A stretch of 63,578 nucleotides of DNA, counting the filler, from Octopus bimaculoides (taxonomy: Eukaryota), in NCBI RefSeq assembly GCF_001194135.2. It is 6 parts of 6 records of this genome, joined end to end, with 100 filler letters (N's around TTAATTAATTAA, not from the genome) between each part and the next. Parts side by side here need not be neighbours in the genome. Positions count along the whole stretch, not along the records: positions 1 to 23,396 come from NC_069000.1; 5 more parts are not named here. The stretch is one strand, 5' to 3'. The translations under genes and the position numbers were made by a program. The notes under the pieces were generated by a model that saw nothing but the letters and a program-made list of their open reading frames with translations, was not told the DNA's origin and did no database searches. How positions within the stretch are numbered: the first letter of the stretch is position 1; each line of letters starts with the position of its first letter. Positions 1 to 12,910 of this stretch are shown here, piece after piece.

Positions 1-232
1 ATACGTTCATAATTACATTCAGATACACACATATATACATACATAGATGCGTTCATACATACATACGCACATACATGCACACATACATTCATACTTACCT
101 AAATAGCTAGATACACACATACCTATATTCATATATACATATATACACACATTCATACATGCCTACATTCATACATATACTCATACACACATACATACAG
201 ACATACATATTTATACATACTTACATTCGTAG

Positions 233-263
<31 letters not shown>

Positions 264-517
264 CATTACCAATTCTTGCACCCCCGTCGATTTATACAAG
301 CAATGTAATAAATCTATTACACAAATTTCTATTGACACATGAAACGGAAATTTCACGAAACTCGAAGCGGTTTCCGGTGAATAGAGAAAAAAACACTTAT
401 ATCCGATCACAGCTTTCCCAGCAACATGGTTCCTCTCTACACAATTCTTCGCCGCAGCTAAAACATTGACGGTTGGCACCGTTCTCAAACGTTTACTGCA
501 GTAGTAGTAGTAGTAGC

Positions 518-577
<60 letters not shown>

Positions 578-639
578 GGTGGTGGTGGTGGTGGTGGAAT
601 TTTCATTCACTAAACCTTTCGTTCTTCTTCCAGTATTGC

Positions 640-915
640 ATTGTCTGCATATCAAACTGCATCTCACATCTTTAGGTGCCTACCATCTTCTTTCTCTTTT
701 AAAAACGATCTTGCTGTGATGAACGAAGTTGAGAAATTCCCTCTGCTATCTAAAATCTTCAGCCAACCATTTAATCCCCTTACAACTATTCCCAAGGCTT
801 CTATTTCAAGACAAGATAGCGGTAACTTTGCGGCAATTCTAACTTCTCTGAAGTTCATTCTTTAGATCCCGGTGTTCTTCTATATTCTCAAGTTCTTTGT
901 TCACCATTCTAGCAG
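640..915 (-). mobile_element. Degenerate 3' end of an R4/Dong-like non-LTR retrotransposon (restriction-like endonuclease C-terminus)
   Basis: The - strand reads MVNKELENIEEHRDLKNELQRSSNCRKVTAI and then, after a frameshift, EALGIVVRGLNGWLKILD...TARSFL. This resembles the KE.EK..KY.DL..E...W....V.P...GALG...LLGTARIL end of R4-clade ORFs. It adjoins a (TGG)/(TAG)n array. Confidence 0.7.
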
Positions 916-1273
916 CGACGAGGCATGCAACACATTGATTCAGCAACGCGTTCTTTCCGTTTTTGTCGTGTACCACACCGACCTGGTAGAATCGTTAGAG
1001 TGCCGAAATAAATGCTTTGCGGTCTTTTACGTTCTGCGTTCAGATCCTGCCAAGGTGAATTCCCGGTGCCGATATGATCAATTAGCAGTCAAGTGCTGTG
1101 GTAGACGGACAGGTAGATAGACAGACAGATGAACGGGCAGACAGAGACAGACAGACAGACAGACAGACAGGTAGAGACAAGCAGTCAGTCAATAAGACAT
1201 GCACAAGACAGAGAGGTACAAAGAGATAGAAATAGAGACAGACAGACAGATAAACAGAAAGAGTCATATAGGT

Positions 1274-1350
<77 letters not shown>

Positions 1351-1560
1351 CTGACAAACGAAAAACAGCTAGACAGACTGACAGACAGGTAGGTAGAGAG
1401 AAAGATACATACACAGACACACAGGCACACAGAAGATACATAATACAAGCTATACCTAATCCCCCCTTTTTATTATTTTATCATTTCATTATATGTAAAT
1501 CACCACAGTTTGTATCTGTCTTTGTATTGTCCATCCTCATCCACCCTAGTGGCAAATAAA

Positions 1561-1950
1561 TATTATTATTATTATTATTTTATGTTTGACTTTTGTTTTG
1601 CATTTGTACAAGTTGGATTCAAGTCTCACCCAGAGACCTCAAGAGACAAGTTAGAAGTTCATGTAGGTGTTATGCCTAGGGTACCATATATTTAGATTTG
1701 TACAGTTTTGTTCTAGTGAATGTTTAAGAAGCCATAAGAAAATTATGTGTTTGTTTTAAAATTTGAGATCACATAGACAGTATTTTACGTAGGATATGGG
1801 CAGTTCCCATGAGCACTATCTTTTGAACTTCAGCCATTTTGGGGTTTCCTGGTATCTGAGCTAGGTAGTAATCAGCCCGTTTCGCTGTCATTCCCAGGGC
1901 ACCTATGACAATAGGTATTGTTTTCGTCTTCAGATTCCACATTTTGCTAA

Positions 1951-1951
<1 letters not shown>
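1561..1951 (-). mobile_element. 5'-truncated R4/Dong-like LINE: ORF end, 3' UTR and (TAA)n tail
   Basis: ISKMWNLKTKTIPIVIGALGMTAKRADYYLAQIPGNPKMAEVQKIVLMGTAHILRKILSM* (stop at 1769), then about 190 bp of UTR ending in (TAA)n at 1561-1578. Confidence 0.88.
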
Positions 1952-2004
<53 letters not shown>

Positions 2005-2017
2005 CATTATTATTATA

Positions 2018-2072
<55 letters not shown>

Positions 2073-2074
<2 letters not shown>

Positions 2075-2696
2075 GACGTCTTTTAAGTTGTTGGTTTTAC
2101 GGTGGAACTGACCATGTAATTCCATACGGAGTAGGGTTTCTTCTCTCTCGTTGGCTGTACTTGTTCAGCATTCATGAGCACTCTCAAGTCCAATTTTGTT
2201 AACTCCTTCCGCGCTAGCTGCATACTGTAGCAGGTCTTCTTTGCTGTTTACCAAATACTCTGCCATGTTTTTTTCTGTCACTGTGGATGCACTCTCGTAC
2301 ACTAATCAGCCCACGTCCACCCTTACCTCTCTTCATGTAGAGCCTGTGTACATTTGCCTTAGGGTGGAGGGCACCATGCATTGTCATTGACTTTCGGGTA
2401 GTGCGATCGAGTTGGTCAATTTCCGCTTGTGTCCATCTCAGGATGGCTGCACTATAGCGGACTACAGCAACCGCCCATATGTTGATGGCAATCACAAGGT
2501 TCCTTGAGTTGAGCTTTGATTTCAAGAGAAGTTTGTGCCACTTGAAATAAGCAGTGATGACCTTGTCTTTCATTTCTCTATGCAAGATATTGTCCAGCTC
2601 CAGGATGCCAAGGCACTTGTACCCATCATCATCCGAGTCTTCCGTTCTCTCTCCGATTGGCAATTCTACTCTTTTCCACTGCTTCATTTTCAACAT
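2073..2696 (-). mobile_element. R4/Dong-like LINE, RT C-terminal/thumb fragment
   Basis: YKCLGILELD...LLLKSKLNSRNLVIAINIWAVAVVRYSAAILRWTQAEIDQLDRTTRKSMTMHGALHPKANVHRLYMKRGKGGRGLISV, and later LHGQFHR. The HP...RLY..R..GGRGL motif is typical of R2/R4-group elements. Confidence 0.9.
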
Positions 2697-3023
2697 GCCT
2701 GTAGGACAATGTAGGACAATGCAAATATCAAACAGAAATAACTCGCCCCAAGTGTAGTTATAGTTTCCGTCCTTCAGCTTGAGGGATAATCGAAGTTCTG
2801 TTTACATAAAGCATGTGATTGATTAGCACAGTATCCAGATTTGATGTAGGATGGGAAGGAGGTGGCTGGAAAATTTAACATAATGCTTTCGCATTTACTG
2901 GATGCTTAAAGTCAGTGAAAATTATTCCAAACCGTCCTAGATATTCGGGGGTGGGGTTCACTTTTATTTTCATTTTTCAATCTTTTTGCCAATCTTTTGT
3001 ATAGTTATAACAACGACAATATC

Positions 3024-3072
<49 letters not shown>

Positions 3073-3503
3073 GTTATTATTGCTGTTGTTGTTGTTGTTA
3101 ATGTTATTATTATCATCATCCTCTTCATCATCATTATCATCGTCTTCGTCATCATCGTTTTTACTGTCATTATTGCTATTTTGTATGAGTATAAAAATGA
3201 CTCGAAACTAACAAGAAAAAGACCAATAATAGCAGCAGCAGCAGCAGTAGTAGGAGGAGGAGCAGGAGGAGGAGGAGGAGGGGGAAGAGGAAGAAGGCGG
3301 ACAGTAACTAAATATAATAACACTAATTCTAAGTGATTGTCAACGAAAAAGGAACACATTAATAAAAAGCCATATTTAAAACAAAAAAAAAAAAGGTTTT
3401 TTATTTTATGTGGAAAGTAATAAATGAAGATGGAGACGACCTTGAGGGTAATTGTACGAAATTGAAGTCAGCGGATTAATAGGCGTGTGCGTGTGCGTGT
3501 GTC

Positions 3504-3535
<32 letters not shown>

Positions 3536-3757
3536 GGAGATGGAAGAAAGAGAGGGAGAGAGAGAGNNNNNNNNNNNNNNNNNNNNNNNNNNNNNNNNNN
3601 NNNNNNNNNNNNNNNNNNNNNNNNNNNNNNNNNNNNNNNNNNNNNNNNNNNNNNNNNNNNNNNNNNNNNNNNNNNNNNNNNNNNNNNNNNNNNNNNNNNN
3701 NNNNNNNNNNNNNNNNNNNNNNNNNNNNNNNNNNNNNNNNNNNNNNNNNNNNNNNNN

Positions 3758-3796
<39 letters not shown>

Positions 3797-4006
3797 TGTT
3801 ACTTGTTTCAGTCATTTGACTGCGGCGATGCTGCCGCTTCACTTTTAGTCGAGCAAATCGACCCCAGGACGTATTCTTTGTAAGCCTAGTACTTGATCTA
3901 TCGGTTACTTGAGCCGAACCGCTAAGTAACGGGGACGCAAACACACTAACATCGGTTGTCAAGTGATGGCGGGGGACAAACACAGACACACAAATACATG
4001 CATACA

Positions 4007-4042
<36 letters not shown>

Positions 4043-4883
4043 CATACATACCTATATATATATACACGTATATATATTTATATATACTTGATTAATAAAC
4101 CTGCAAGGACATCACATAGATGGATGGATGGATGGATGGATGGATGGATGGATGGATGGATGGGTGGATGCATGCATGTATGTATGTCTTAGTCTGTTTT
4201 CAATTATTTAAATTCTTCCAAAGATATAAAGCGCCATTGTTGGAATGAACGTAACGAAAACAATGATACATTTTAAACTTGAGAAGAAAGTCTTGCAGAC
4301 TTTTTTTTCCTGTTCGCCTTACGTAATTGTACTTGGAATGAGCGAGTTACTCTGATAACTCTAGCTTATCCAGATTGTCATTTAGGCGTTTATTCACAAA
4401 ATCAAGTGCACCAATTATTATTGGTATATATGGTGGATTCATAATCTGAATATGGAAGCTGGAGATTTCGAATCTGTTGCCCATATTTATTCTTTCTGTC
4501 TGCTTTTCAAAAAGAGATTCGCATCAGCAGAACAGCTGACCTCCATGACGGTACCTCAACATTCTTGCCTGTTCCAGTTAGCTATGCTTCCACTTGACAG
4601 AGATTCTGATGGTTTGTTCCACCAGCATTCCATGTATATATGTATGTATGTATGCATCATATGTGTATATATGATACATATATGATACATATGCTGTGTC
4701 AACATCGCATATTATTTCTGGTGACACCTGCCAGATAAGCAGATATACGTCGACTCATTCGACCGTTCATTTCTTCTCGTACTTTGAGTTCGCCTTCAAT
4801 CATATATAAATGTGTGTTCTATGGGTACATATATATATATGTACGTGTGTGTGTGTGTGCGTGTGTACGTATGTATATATATA

Positions 4884-4921
<38 letters not shown>

Positions 4922-5374
4922 GTGATTGTCGGGGTTGCAGAGGTAGTCACGGCAGTAATGTTGGCGGGAGTTGTAGCGGTGGGGGTTGTGGCAGTGGTGT
5001 TGTTTTGTTGTGGTGGTATGGTTGTGACATTGGTTAGAGTGATGGTGGCTGTGGTGGTGCTGGTGCTGGTTGTGCTGGTGATGGTGGTGGTGGCGGTGCC
5101 AGCGAGAAGATATTGATTATTGCTGTAGCGGTTGTAGTACTTGCTCTTCCTGTTGTTTTAATTGCTTTTAATGTTGGTGTTTCTGCGATGGTTGCTGCTG
5201 CTGCTGCTGTTGTTGTTGTTGTTGTTGTTGTTTTCGGCGGGTTTCTTTCTTATTTTGTGCTTCTTGTTGTTGTTACTACTGTTCCTTGCTGCGATTGCAA
5301 ATATTATTACTGTTTTTGCTCTCAGTGCTGCTGTTGTTGTTATTGTTGTTGTTGCCTTTGTTGTTTCTGCAGAG

Positions 5375-5870
5375 ATGGCACGTAGCCTTGTGCTCACGGT
5401 GTTCAATTCCCGCTCATGTGTTCTGTCCTTGAGCAAGATACTCTATTTTCACATTCCTCCAGTCCACTCAGTTGGTACAAATCTACGAAGCCCAGTATAC
5501 CCATCATGACAACTCGACTGATAAGGGTACACCAAGCACACGCATCACAGCCACATGTGCGCCACATGGTGATCTCATATTAAGATAAACAGCGCACGGC
5601 CATGCAGGGGAGCCCAGTTAGAATTTTCTTCCGGTCGAGTAGCCAATTCCGCTCAAAAGGTCCCTGAATAAGGATTGTTTAATGAGGATGAAAGAAACAC
5701 CCAAGTTTCCAGAAGTGAATTATTCAAAACTCAAAGAATTTCTCCCAACACACGCCTATAATGCTCCCCAGCTACTCCTACTTGTGATCAGAGATGCACA
5801 TATCGTCAGCCACCAAGGGACATGCTCAAATGGTTATGGTCAAACATCCTTCGCTCTTGTGGCAAATAAA
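5375..5870 (+). mobile_element. tRNA-derived SINE, third family, ending in gtggcaaataaa plus (ATT)n
   Basis: Decayed head gttcaattccc...ttgagcaagatactctattttcac. The body is reverse-complementary to 27865-28185 (gatgcacat, gaagaaaattctaactggg, gcgctgtttatct). Confidence 0.75.
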
Positions 5871-5893
5871 TGAAATCATCATCATTATTATTA

Positions 5894-5967
<74 letters not shown>

Positions 5968-5999
5968 TATATTTTTGTATCTGTGTTGTTATGCTGTAG

Positions 6000-6138
6000 G
6001 ACGGTCTGAAGAAGAGGATGGAACTGTTAAAGCGGAGTGTGATACAGGCCACAGAAGCTGTCAATGAAGAACGGCAGAAAAATGTTGATCTTCTGCAGAT
6101 GATATTTCCTTCGACAGTGGCTCAGAAGTTGTGGAGAG
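6000..6138 (+). CDS. GUCY1A: Soluble guanylate cyclase alpha subunit, coiled-coil exon (partial gene)
   Basis: Acceptor tgctgtAG|GAC and donor AGAG|GTaagt. Translation DGLKKRMELLKRSVIQATEAVNEERQKNVDLLQMIFPSTVAQKLWR-G matches the sGC alpha helical domain (human GUCY1A1 DGLKKRLGKLK...VDLLCSIFPCEVAQQLWQG). The 139-nt exon ends in phase 1, compatible with the next exon. This frame is absent from the ORF track. Confidence 0.95.
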
Positions 6139-6404
6139 GTAAGTAGATAACTGTGGGAATGGTAGGAGTAGGAGAATGAGAAAGAGAGGTGAGATGATGG
6201 ATGTGGTAGGAGTTGGAGTATACGAGGGAGAGTAGATAATGAGTGTAGTTGGAATGGGAGAGAGGAAATTGTTGAGTGAGTGAGATGTGTGAGTGAGTGA
6301 GTGAGTGAGTCAGTCAGTCAGTCAATCAGTTAGTCAGTCAGCGATTATGTGTATGAGTGAGTTAATTGGTGAATGGATGCTTAAGTGAGTAAATATATAT
6401 ATAT

Positions 6405-6435
<31 letters not shown>

Positions 6436-6857
6436 CATACATACATACATACATACATACATACATACATACATACAGACATACAGACATACATACATAC
6501 GTATATATATAAGGTCCTGGTAGTGTACACATGTAAGTTGTTTCCAGGGAAACACCCAGTCCGAACTCCGGGCTATCAACACTGTTGGATTCCCCACTAA
6601 CACCGAAATTCTTCTGGTGTTTAAGACCCTGATTTCACCACGGTCAAATAATTGTGTGAGTAGCACTCAATAAATTTGGCTGGAGTTTAATAACACCTTG
6701 AAGCAGCGTCACATGACTCACGGTTTCGTTAGCGCGTGCGACATGTTCAATTTGGTTAGATGTTCAAAGGGGATTCTACGTCCGAATGTCTGATGAAATG
6801 GCTGTGTACTACGCACTAAACCAAATTTGTATATATATACATATATAGTATGTGTGT

Positions 6858-6929
<72 letters not shown>

Positions 6930-7478
6930 NNNNNNNNNNNNNNNNNNNNNNNNNNNNNNNNNNNNNNNNNNNNNNNNNNNNNNNNNNNNNNNNNNNNNNN
7001 NNNNNNNNNNNNNNNNNNNNNNNNNNNNNNNNNNNNNNNNNNNNNNNNNNNNNNNNNNNNNNNNNNNNNNNNNNNNNNNNNNNNNNNNNNNNNNNNNNNN
7101 NNNNNNNNNNNNNNNNNNNNNNNNNNNNNNNNNNNNNNNNNNNNNNNNNNNNNNNNNNNNNNNNNNNNNNNNNNNNNNNNNNNNNNNNNNNNNNNNNNNN
7201 NNNNNNNNNNNNNNNNNNNNNNNNNNNNNNNNNNNNNNNNNNNNNNNNNNATATATATATATATATATATACATATATATATGTATACAACAATGAGCTA
7301 AGAGAAATGACACTAAGTGGCCGGTGACTTCTATTTTAATAAGACCTATCCTTTTATAAATCTATCTCTCCTAAGCCAACTATCTACGTCCTTACACACC
7401 TATACCCCTTGTCATCTTCCTGGCTCGTCACCATCCATCTTCTCACTCACTTCCCCATTTTCTGTTATCGTCCAATAG

Positions 7479-7645
7479 GCGAGACCGTGGAACCAACCAA
7501 AGTGAACGACGTTACGATGTTATTTAGCGACATTGTAGGATTTACGGCCATCTGTTCCTCGTGCAAGCCCATGACCGTCGTTAATATGTTGAACGCCCTC
7601 TACACCCACTTCGATAACTTCTGTGGAATGCTCGATGTCTACAAG
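7479..7645 (+). CDS. GUCY1A: Soluble guanylate cyclase alpha subunit, first catalytic-domain exon (partial gene)
   Basis: Acceptor ccaatAG|GC completes the Gly codon; donor AAG|GTaagt. Translation (G)[55 protein letters not shown] contains the class III cyclase motif [11 protein letters not shown]. The Asp in FSDIVG (beta1 has FSGIVG) plus DGLKKR upstream indicate the alpha subunit. Confidence 0.96.
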
Positions 7646-10493
7646 GTAAGTCTACAACGAAGTCCTTTCTTCACCTTCTTTCATTTTCTTACTTTTTTTT
7701 CTTTGTGAAGCGGTAATGAGGGTAGCTGATTCGAGCAGAATTTGAACCCAGAATGTAAAGAACCAGAACAAATAATATAAATCACTTTGCCACACGTTCT
7801 TACGATTCTGCCAATAATTCCAGTTGCGTATACGGTGTATTGAACCAAGTTTCATTAACTACCAAATACCAACATTTATATTAATAATTTCCGTTGCGCC
7901 TAGATTTTTTTTTTTTTTACGCAGGCAGGGATCACGAAAAACTGTAAATTCTATTGCTGTTCCAATAATAGTTTAGCTTCATTTATTTTTTTATCATTTA
8001 ATTTTACTTCATTTTGAGTCGCGGATCATTAATTCCTTTTCAGTCTGCCGTAATTTTCCAATAGGAAATTTCTGTTTGAATCATACATCATTAAGTTCTC
8101 TGTTTGCCTTTCTGAGTTTTTTTCTGTATGTTTGTGCTTGTGTTTTTCTAGTGTTATCTGTTTTATAGTTATCGTCGAATCAATGCTTCGTTAATAATGG
8201 TCAGTAGAACGCCTTTCACCAGATCTGTTAAAACTCAGTTCAATTCTGCTGGAGTTAAGTTTTACTTTACTTCTTTTTCGCTTTCTTTATTTTTCCTTCT
8301 TATTCTCCCTTCTTTCTCCATTTCTTTTTTTTTATTCTTTTTCTTGTTGATATCGTTTTCGTTACTTTTTAATGCTTTTAATCTTCATCATAATCGTTTC
8401 CATCTTCCCTCACTTCCCCCTCCTCCTCTCCTCCTCCTCCTCCCCATCATCATCATCGTCGTCGTCGTCATCATCATCATCATCATTGTCTTGGACAATC
8501 GTTATCGTGATTCTCATTACCTTTATGCGTATTACCACAGCAACAACTACTACTACTACTACTACTACTGCTAGTGCTACTACTACTACTGCAACTACTT
8601 CAACGGCAACGGCTACTATAACTATGATGATTGTAGTGAAGGCGATAAATTCACTGTTGCGTCGAACAAAATGCATTGATGTATTTTGTTATGACTTTTG
8701 CATTTTCCAAGTTCGAATCCTATTGCAGTCAACTTAACCTTTTTTTTTTTTTCTTTCGTTGAGGGTAAAATAAACTACCAGTCAAGTATTGAGTTCATGA
8801 TAAAGAGCAGTGGCTGCCGATCATTGCACAATAGTTCCCAACAGTGGGTCCCAACCCTTTTATTTAAATGAGTTTTCCNNNNNNNNNNNNNNNNNNNNNN
8901 NNNNNNNNNNNNNNNNNNNNNNNNNNNNNNNNNNNNNNNNNNNNNNNNNNNNNNNNNNNNNNNNNNNNNNNNNNNNNNNNNNNNNNNNNNNNNNNNNNNN
9001 NNNNNNNNNNNNNNNNNNNNNNNNNNNNNNNNNNNNNNNNNNNNNNNNNNNNNNNNNNNNNNNNNNNNNNNNNNNNNNNNNNNNNNNNNNNNNNNNNNNN
9101 NNNNNNNNNGCAGTTCTTGTCATTCGTACTTCTAGAGTCGATGAAGAAAAACTAACAGTCAAATGCGCTTGGTAGAGGGTTTCATCTCGGCATCGATAAA
9201 ATAAATACCAGTTGAACAATGGGGTCCATGTAACCACCTTAATTGCTGGCCTGCTGCCAAAATTTGAAACCAGTATTTTCGATGGTTTAACGCTTATTTT
9301 TGTGTTAGTGTGAATAGACATATTTATGTATCAATAACTCCCGTGTCGGTGAAAAGAAAAACATGCCACACACGTTCTATTCACGTCACACGTTGTTATT
9401 TACCAGACAGCAGTATCTTATCTTCTTGATGGTTATTTTATTCAATCCGAAAATAACAAAATACAAACTCAACCTTGGGGAATTTTGAACGCAGGACGTG
9501 ATTTTAACATCAGAGATTGTTATACTGCATTATTAATCTGTGTCGCTTTGTTCAAAAGCGGGGCCGGATTTCCTCTTTGTCAAAACAATTTCATTTTATC
9601 TTTCTATTTTCTTTTGTATGCTGTTTTTGCTAAGTCACCTTCAGTCTGATTTTAGGCCGTCTTGCGTTTACGTGAAAGTTGATTCACTTGTGCTTATTAA
9701 ATTTTTGTACGAAATAATCCCTAAGTTTACTACTATACACACTGAAGATGTCAGTCGCCGGACATTGGCTGGAACTTTTTCAATGAATTCGGATCTTCTT
9801 TCAATGAAATTAGTTCCGAAAATACGTTGACGTCTGTATGAAAAGCTCTTAGCTTGAACAGCACAACAATGGTCGGCTGCCAAATGAAAGACGCAATAAC
9901 TCTCAGTTGATTGGTAAGGAGTGGAAAGCAAATACTTGCTCCTCTTTTTATAATGTTATCTTACATTGACTTGCTATGAGTTCTTGTTTGTTCTTGCATT
10001 TATTCAACTCATCCATCTTTATTTCTTCTTCTTCTTCTTCTTCTTCTTCTTCTTCTTCTTCTTCTTCTTCTTCTTCTTCTTCTTCTTTTCTTTCTTTCCC
10101 TCTGTCCTTTCTTTCTTTCTTTCAGACATTTTACGTCTTGCTATCGATCTTCAGGTCTCCTATTGTTTCTTCATTTCTAGCCTTTTGTTCTCTATCAAGC
10201 TATCTGTCTATATTTGTCACTATACACACGTGTGTGTATGTGTGTATGTGAACATATATATAACATTATAGATATATACATAGATGTGTTTAGAATATAC
10301 ATATATTGTATATACTATATACGTTATACACATATACACACCAGCACACATATATTATAAATGAATATATATATATATATATACATATATATTATGCACA
10401 TATCGAGATCTATATATATATATATATATATATATGCTTATATATTATACATATATCCAAATGTATACATATATATATATATGTGTGTGTGTG

Positions 10494-10547
<54 letters not shown>

Positions 10548-12610
10548 GGAGATGAATATGTATATATCAAGTATCCTTTCTCTCCTTCGTTCCATTTCCT
10601 TCATTTCCTCTACACATCTTTTTATCTCCCTCTCTCTCTCCCTCTCACTCTCTCTCTCTTCTTTTGATTGTTCACCATTCTTTCTTTCCTTTTCTTCCAA
10701 TTTTACCCCCCCCCCTCCTTTTTCTCTTTTACTTTCGCTCTTTCTTTTTTATTATTCACAACACATCTTTTAATCATTTCATTCTGTCAGTCTCTTCTTT
10801 TTCTTTCCTCTCTTCTTTTTCCTATTTCTCAAGTGTTACATGTTGCTTTGTCGGGTACTTCTTGTATTGTCGACGCGAAAATTACTTCGCTACTTGGGCA
10901 GACATGTTGCTTGAGACGAAAACAAATGCTACGTTAAATGGACACAGAATTGAGAAAATTGATGGGCATGTCGCTATAAAAGCAAGAATAAAAGATGCCA
11001 TCTTGGAAATACGTTATGCAAAGAAAAGAATGTTACTTTAGAGAACTAGATCAATATTCAGAAGAGATAAATAACGATACGGTGATATACGCTTCGTGTG
11101 TGTGTAGTGACGTTAGTACTTTTGAGGCGTGTGTAAATGCGTAGGCGTCTATCCACGACGTCTCTATGTGTACGCGCCTGCGTATTCGTGGCATTTGTGG
11201 AGCTGTGTGTATACGTGTATGCATGCATGTGTATGTGTATATGTGTATATGTGTGTGTGTACGAATCAGTGTTGCTTGTGTGGATGTTTGAGTGTGAATA
11301 TTGGTGTATCCGTGTGCATATATGCGTATATCTCTGTATTACTTGCGTGTTCTTTTTTTTTTCGACAGACACACACACACACACATTAACACACGCTCAC
11401 ACATTAACACATACTCACACGTTAATACACACTCACACATTAGCACACACACACACACACACACATACATACACACACACACACACACATACATACACAC
11501 ACACTTGGCCATATATGAGAAGAGAGTGTGTACGCGTAGTTGAAAATATTCTATAGGCGTCTGTGCATTTACGTGTATCTCTGTATTGCCTGTGTGCATG
11601 TGTGTGTGTATATCTATAATATATTTTTGAAAAGGGCAGAAGTTGTCTCACGAGCAGTTATGCAGGTAAAAGTGTTAGTAAATGTGGTCGGATTGACCTG
11701 AAAATTTGCCCACCTATGTTAAAAGTGCTGGGGAGTTTGCATGGCAACTTTGAGTCTGTCAATTGAAAGGGGTGGCCTCTAGGGCAAAATTCCTCATCTT
11801 TAAAATGTGGCCCCTGTAGACCCGAAATGAAATCGCGTTATAATACTAGTATATATATATATATAAATATCTAAACTGCAACATCTCCATGATCATTACC
11901 ATCATCATCGTCATCAACATCATCATCAATCATCGCCATTATCAACATCGTCGTCATCATCATCATCATCATCATCAACGCTGTCTTCCGATTAGCGCAG
12001 ACATTGGACTAAACAAAACAAGAGGCAACAACAACAACAAGCAGAAGATTGTGAAAACACAGATCCGTTAGCGCGTCGAACAATATGTCTCGCGTTCCGG
12101 TTCTTTACAATCTGAATTCAAATTTCGGCGAAGTCACCCTTACGTTTCATTTGTCTATATTGTCTTCGGCACCAAGATACCAGTCGTCTGATGGACACCA
12201 TATAATCATTTGTCGTCACCCGTCAAAAATTTGGCCTAGAAATTATACCTTTCAGTCATTAAAACAACGGACAAGTGAAATTAATTGAAAATAACTGAGT
12301 TTTGTCTTCTTTTTTTTTTATCATTTTCAAAATGGCGTAGATTTTGCTGTCAAGACGAAAAGATAAACTATGGAACACTTGAAGTGACATATTCATAAAC
12401 GATGTGTGATCTTCGTTTTGGTTTAGCTTAGTTAGACTTGACTCCTACTTCTGCTGCAAAACAAGGGACAACTCAATAAAACGAGCAAATTAAAGGCGTG
12501 TCTGAGATTCTGTGTCTATGAATGTGCGACTTTTTATTGTTGTTCTTGCTGGGGTCGGGGGGGGAGTATATTGGGAGAGCTAACGTCTAATGATTCTGAC
12601 GCTATTTGGA

Positions 12611-12672
<62 letters not shown>

Positions 12673-12688
12673 GACTCCGGCTATTGTC

Positions 12689-12759
<71 letters not shown>

Positions 12760-12831
12760 TGCCGATTTGTCAACATTACTATATGAATTATTCCCACTTA
12801 AACGCTTCTGCATGTATCTCTATTATTTCAC

Positions 12832-12908
<77 letters not shown>

Positions 12909-12910
12909 CC
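12611..12910. repeat. Compound (ATT)n/(CAT)n microsatellite, representative of dozens in the window
   Basis: Directly visible. Other arrays include (TAG/TGG)n 499-598, (GATA)n 1291-1350, (TTC)n 10023-10087, (CT)n 30575-30645 and 32190-32298, (AAT)n 37800-37957, (TTG)n 39150-39253, and (GGAT)n 4120-4165 and 51870-51925. Confidence 0.97.

Noticed and set aside
9735-9780. CTGAAGA-TGTC…GACA hammerhead-like start
   Set aside because: No GAAA follows the potential stem II.
10860-11041. Non-repetitive ORF end YCRRENYFATWADMLLETK…
   Set aside because: No similarity to sGC or any family I recognise, and no clear splice signals.
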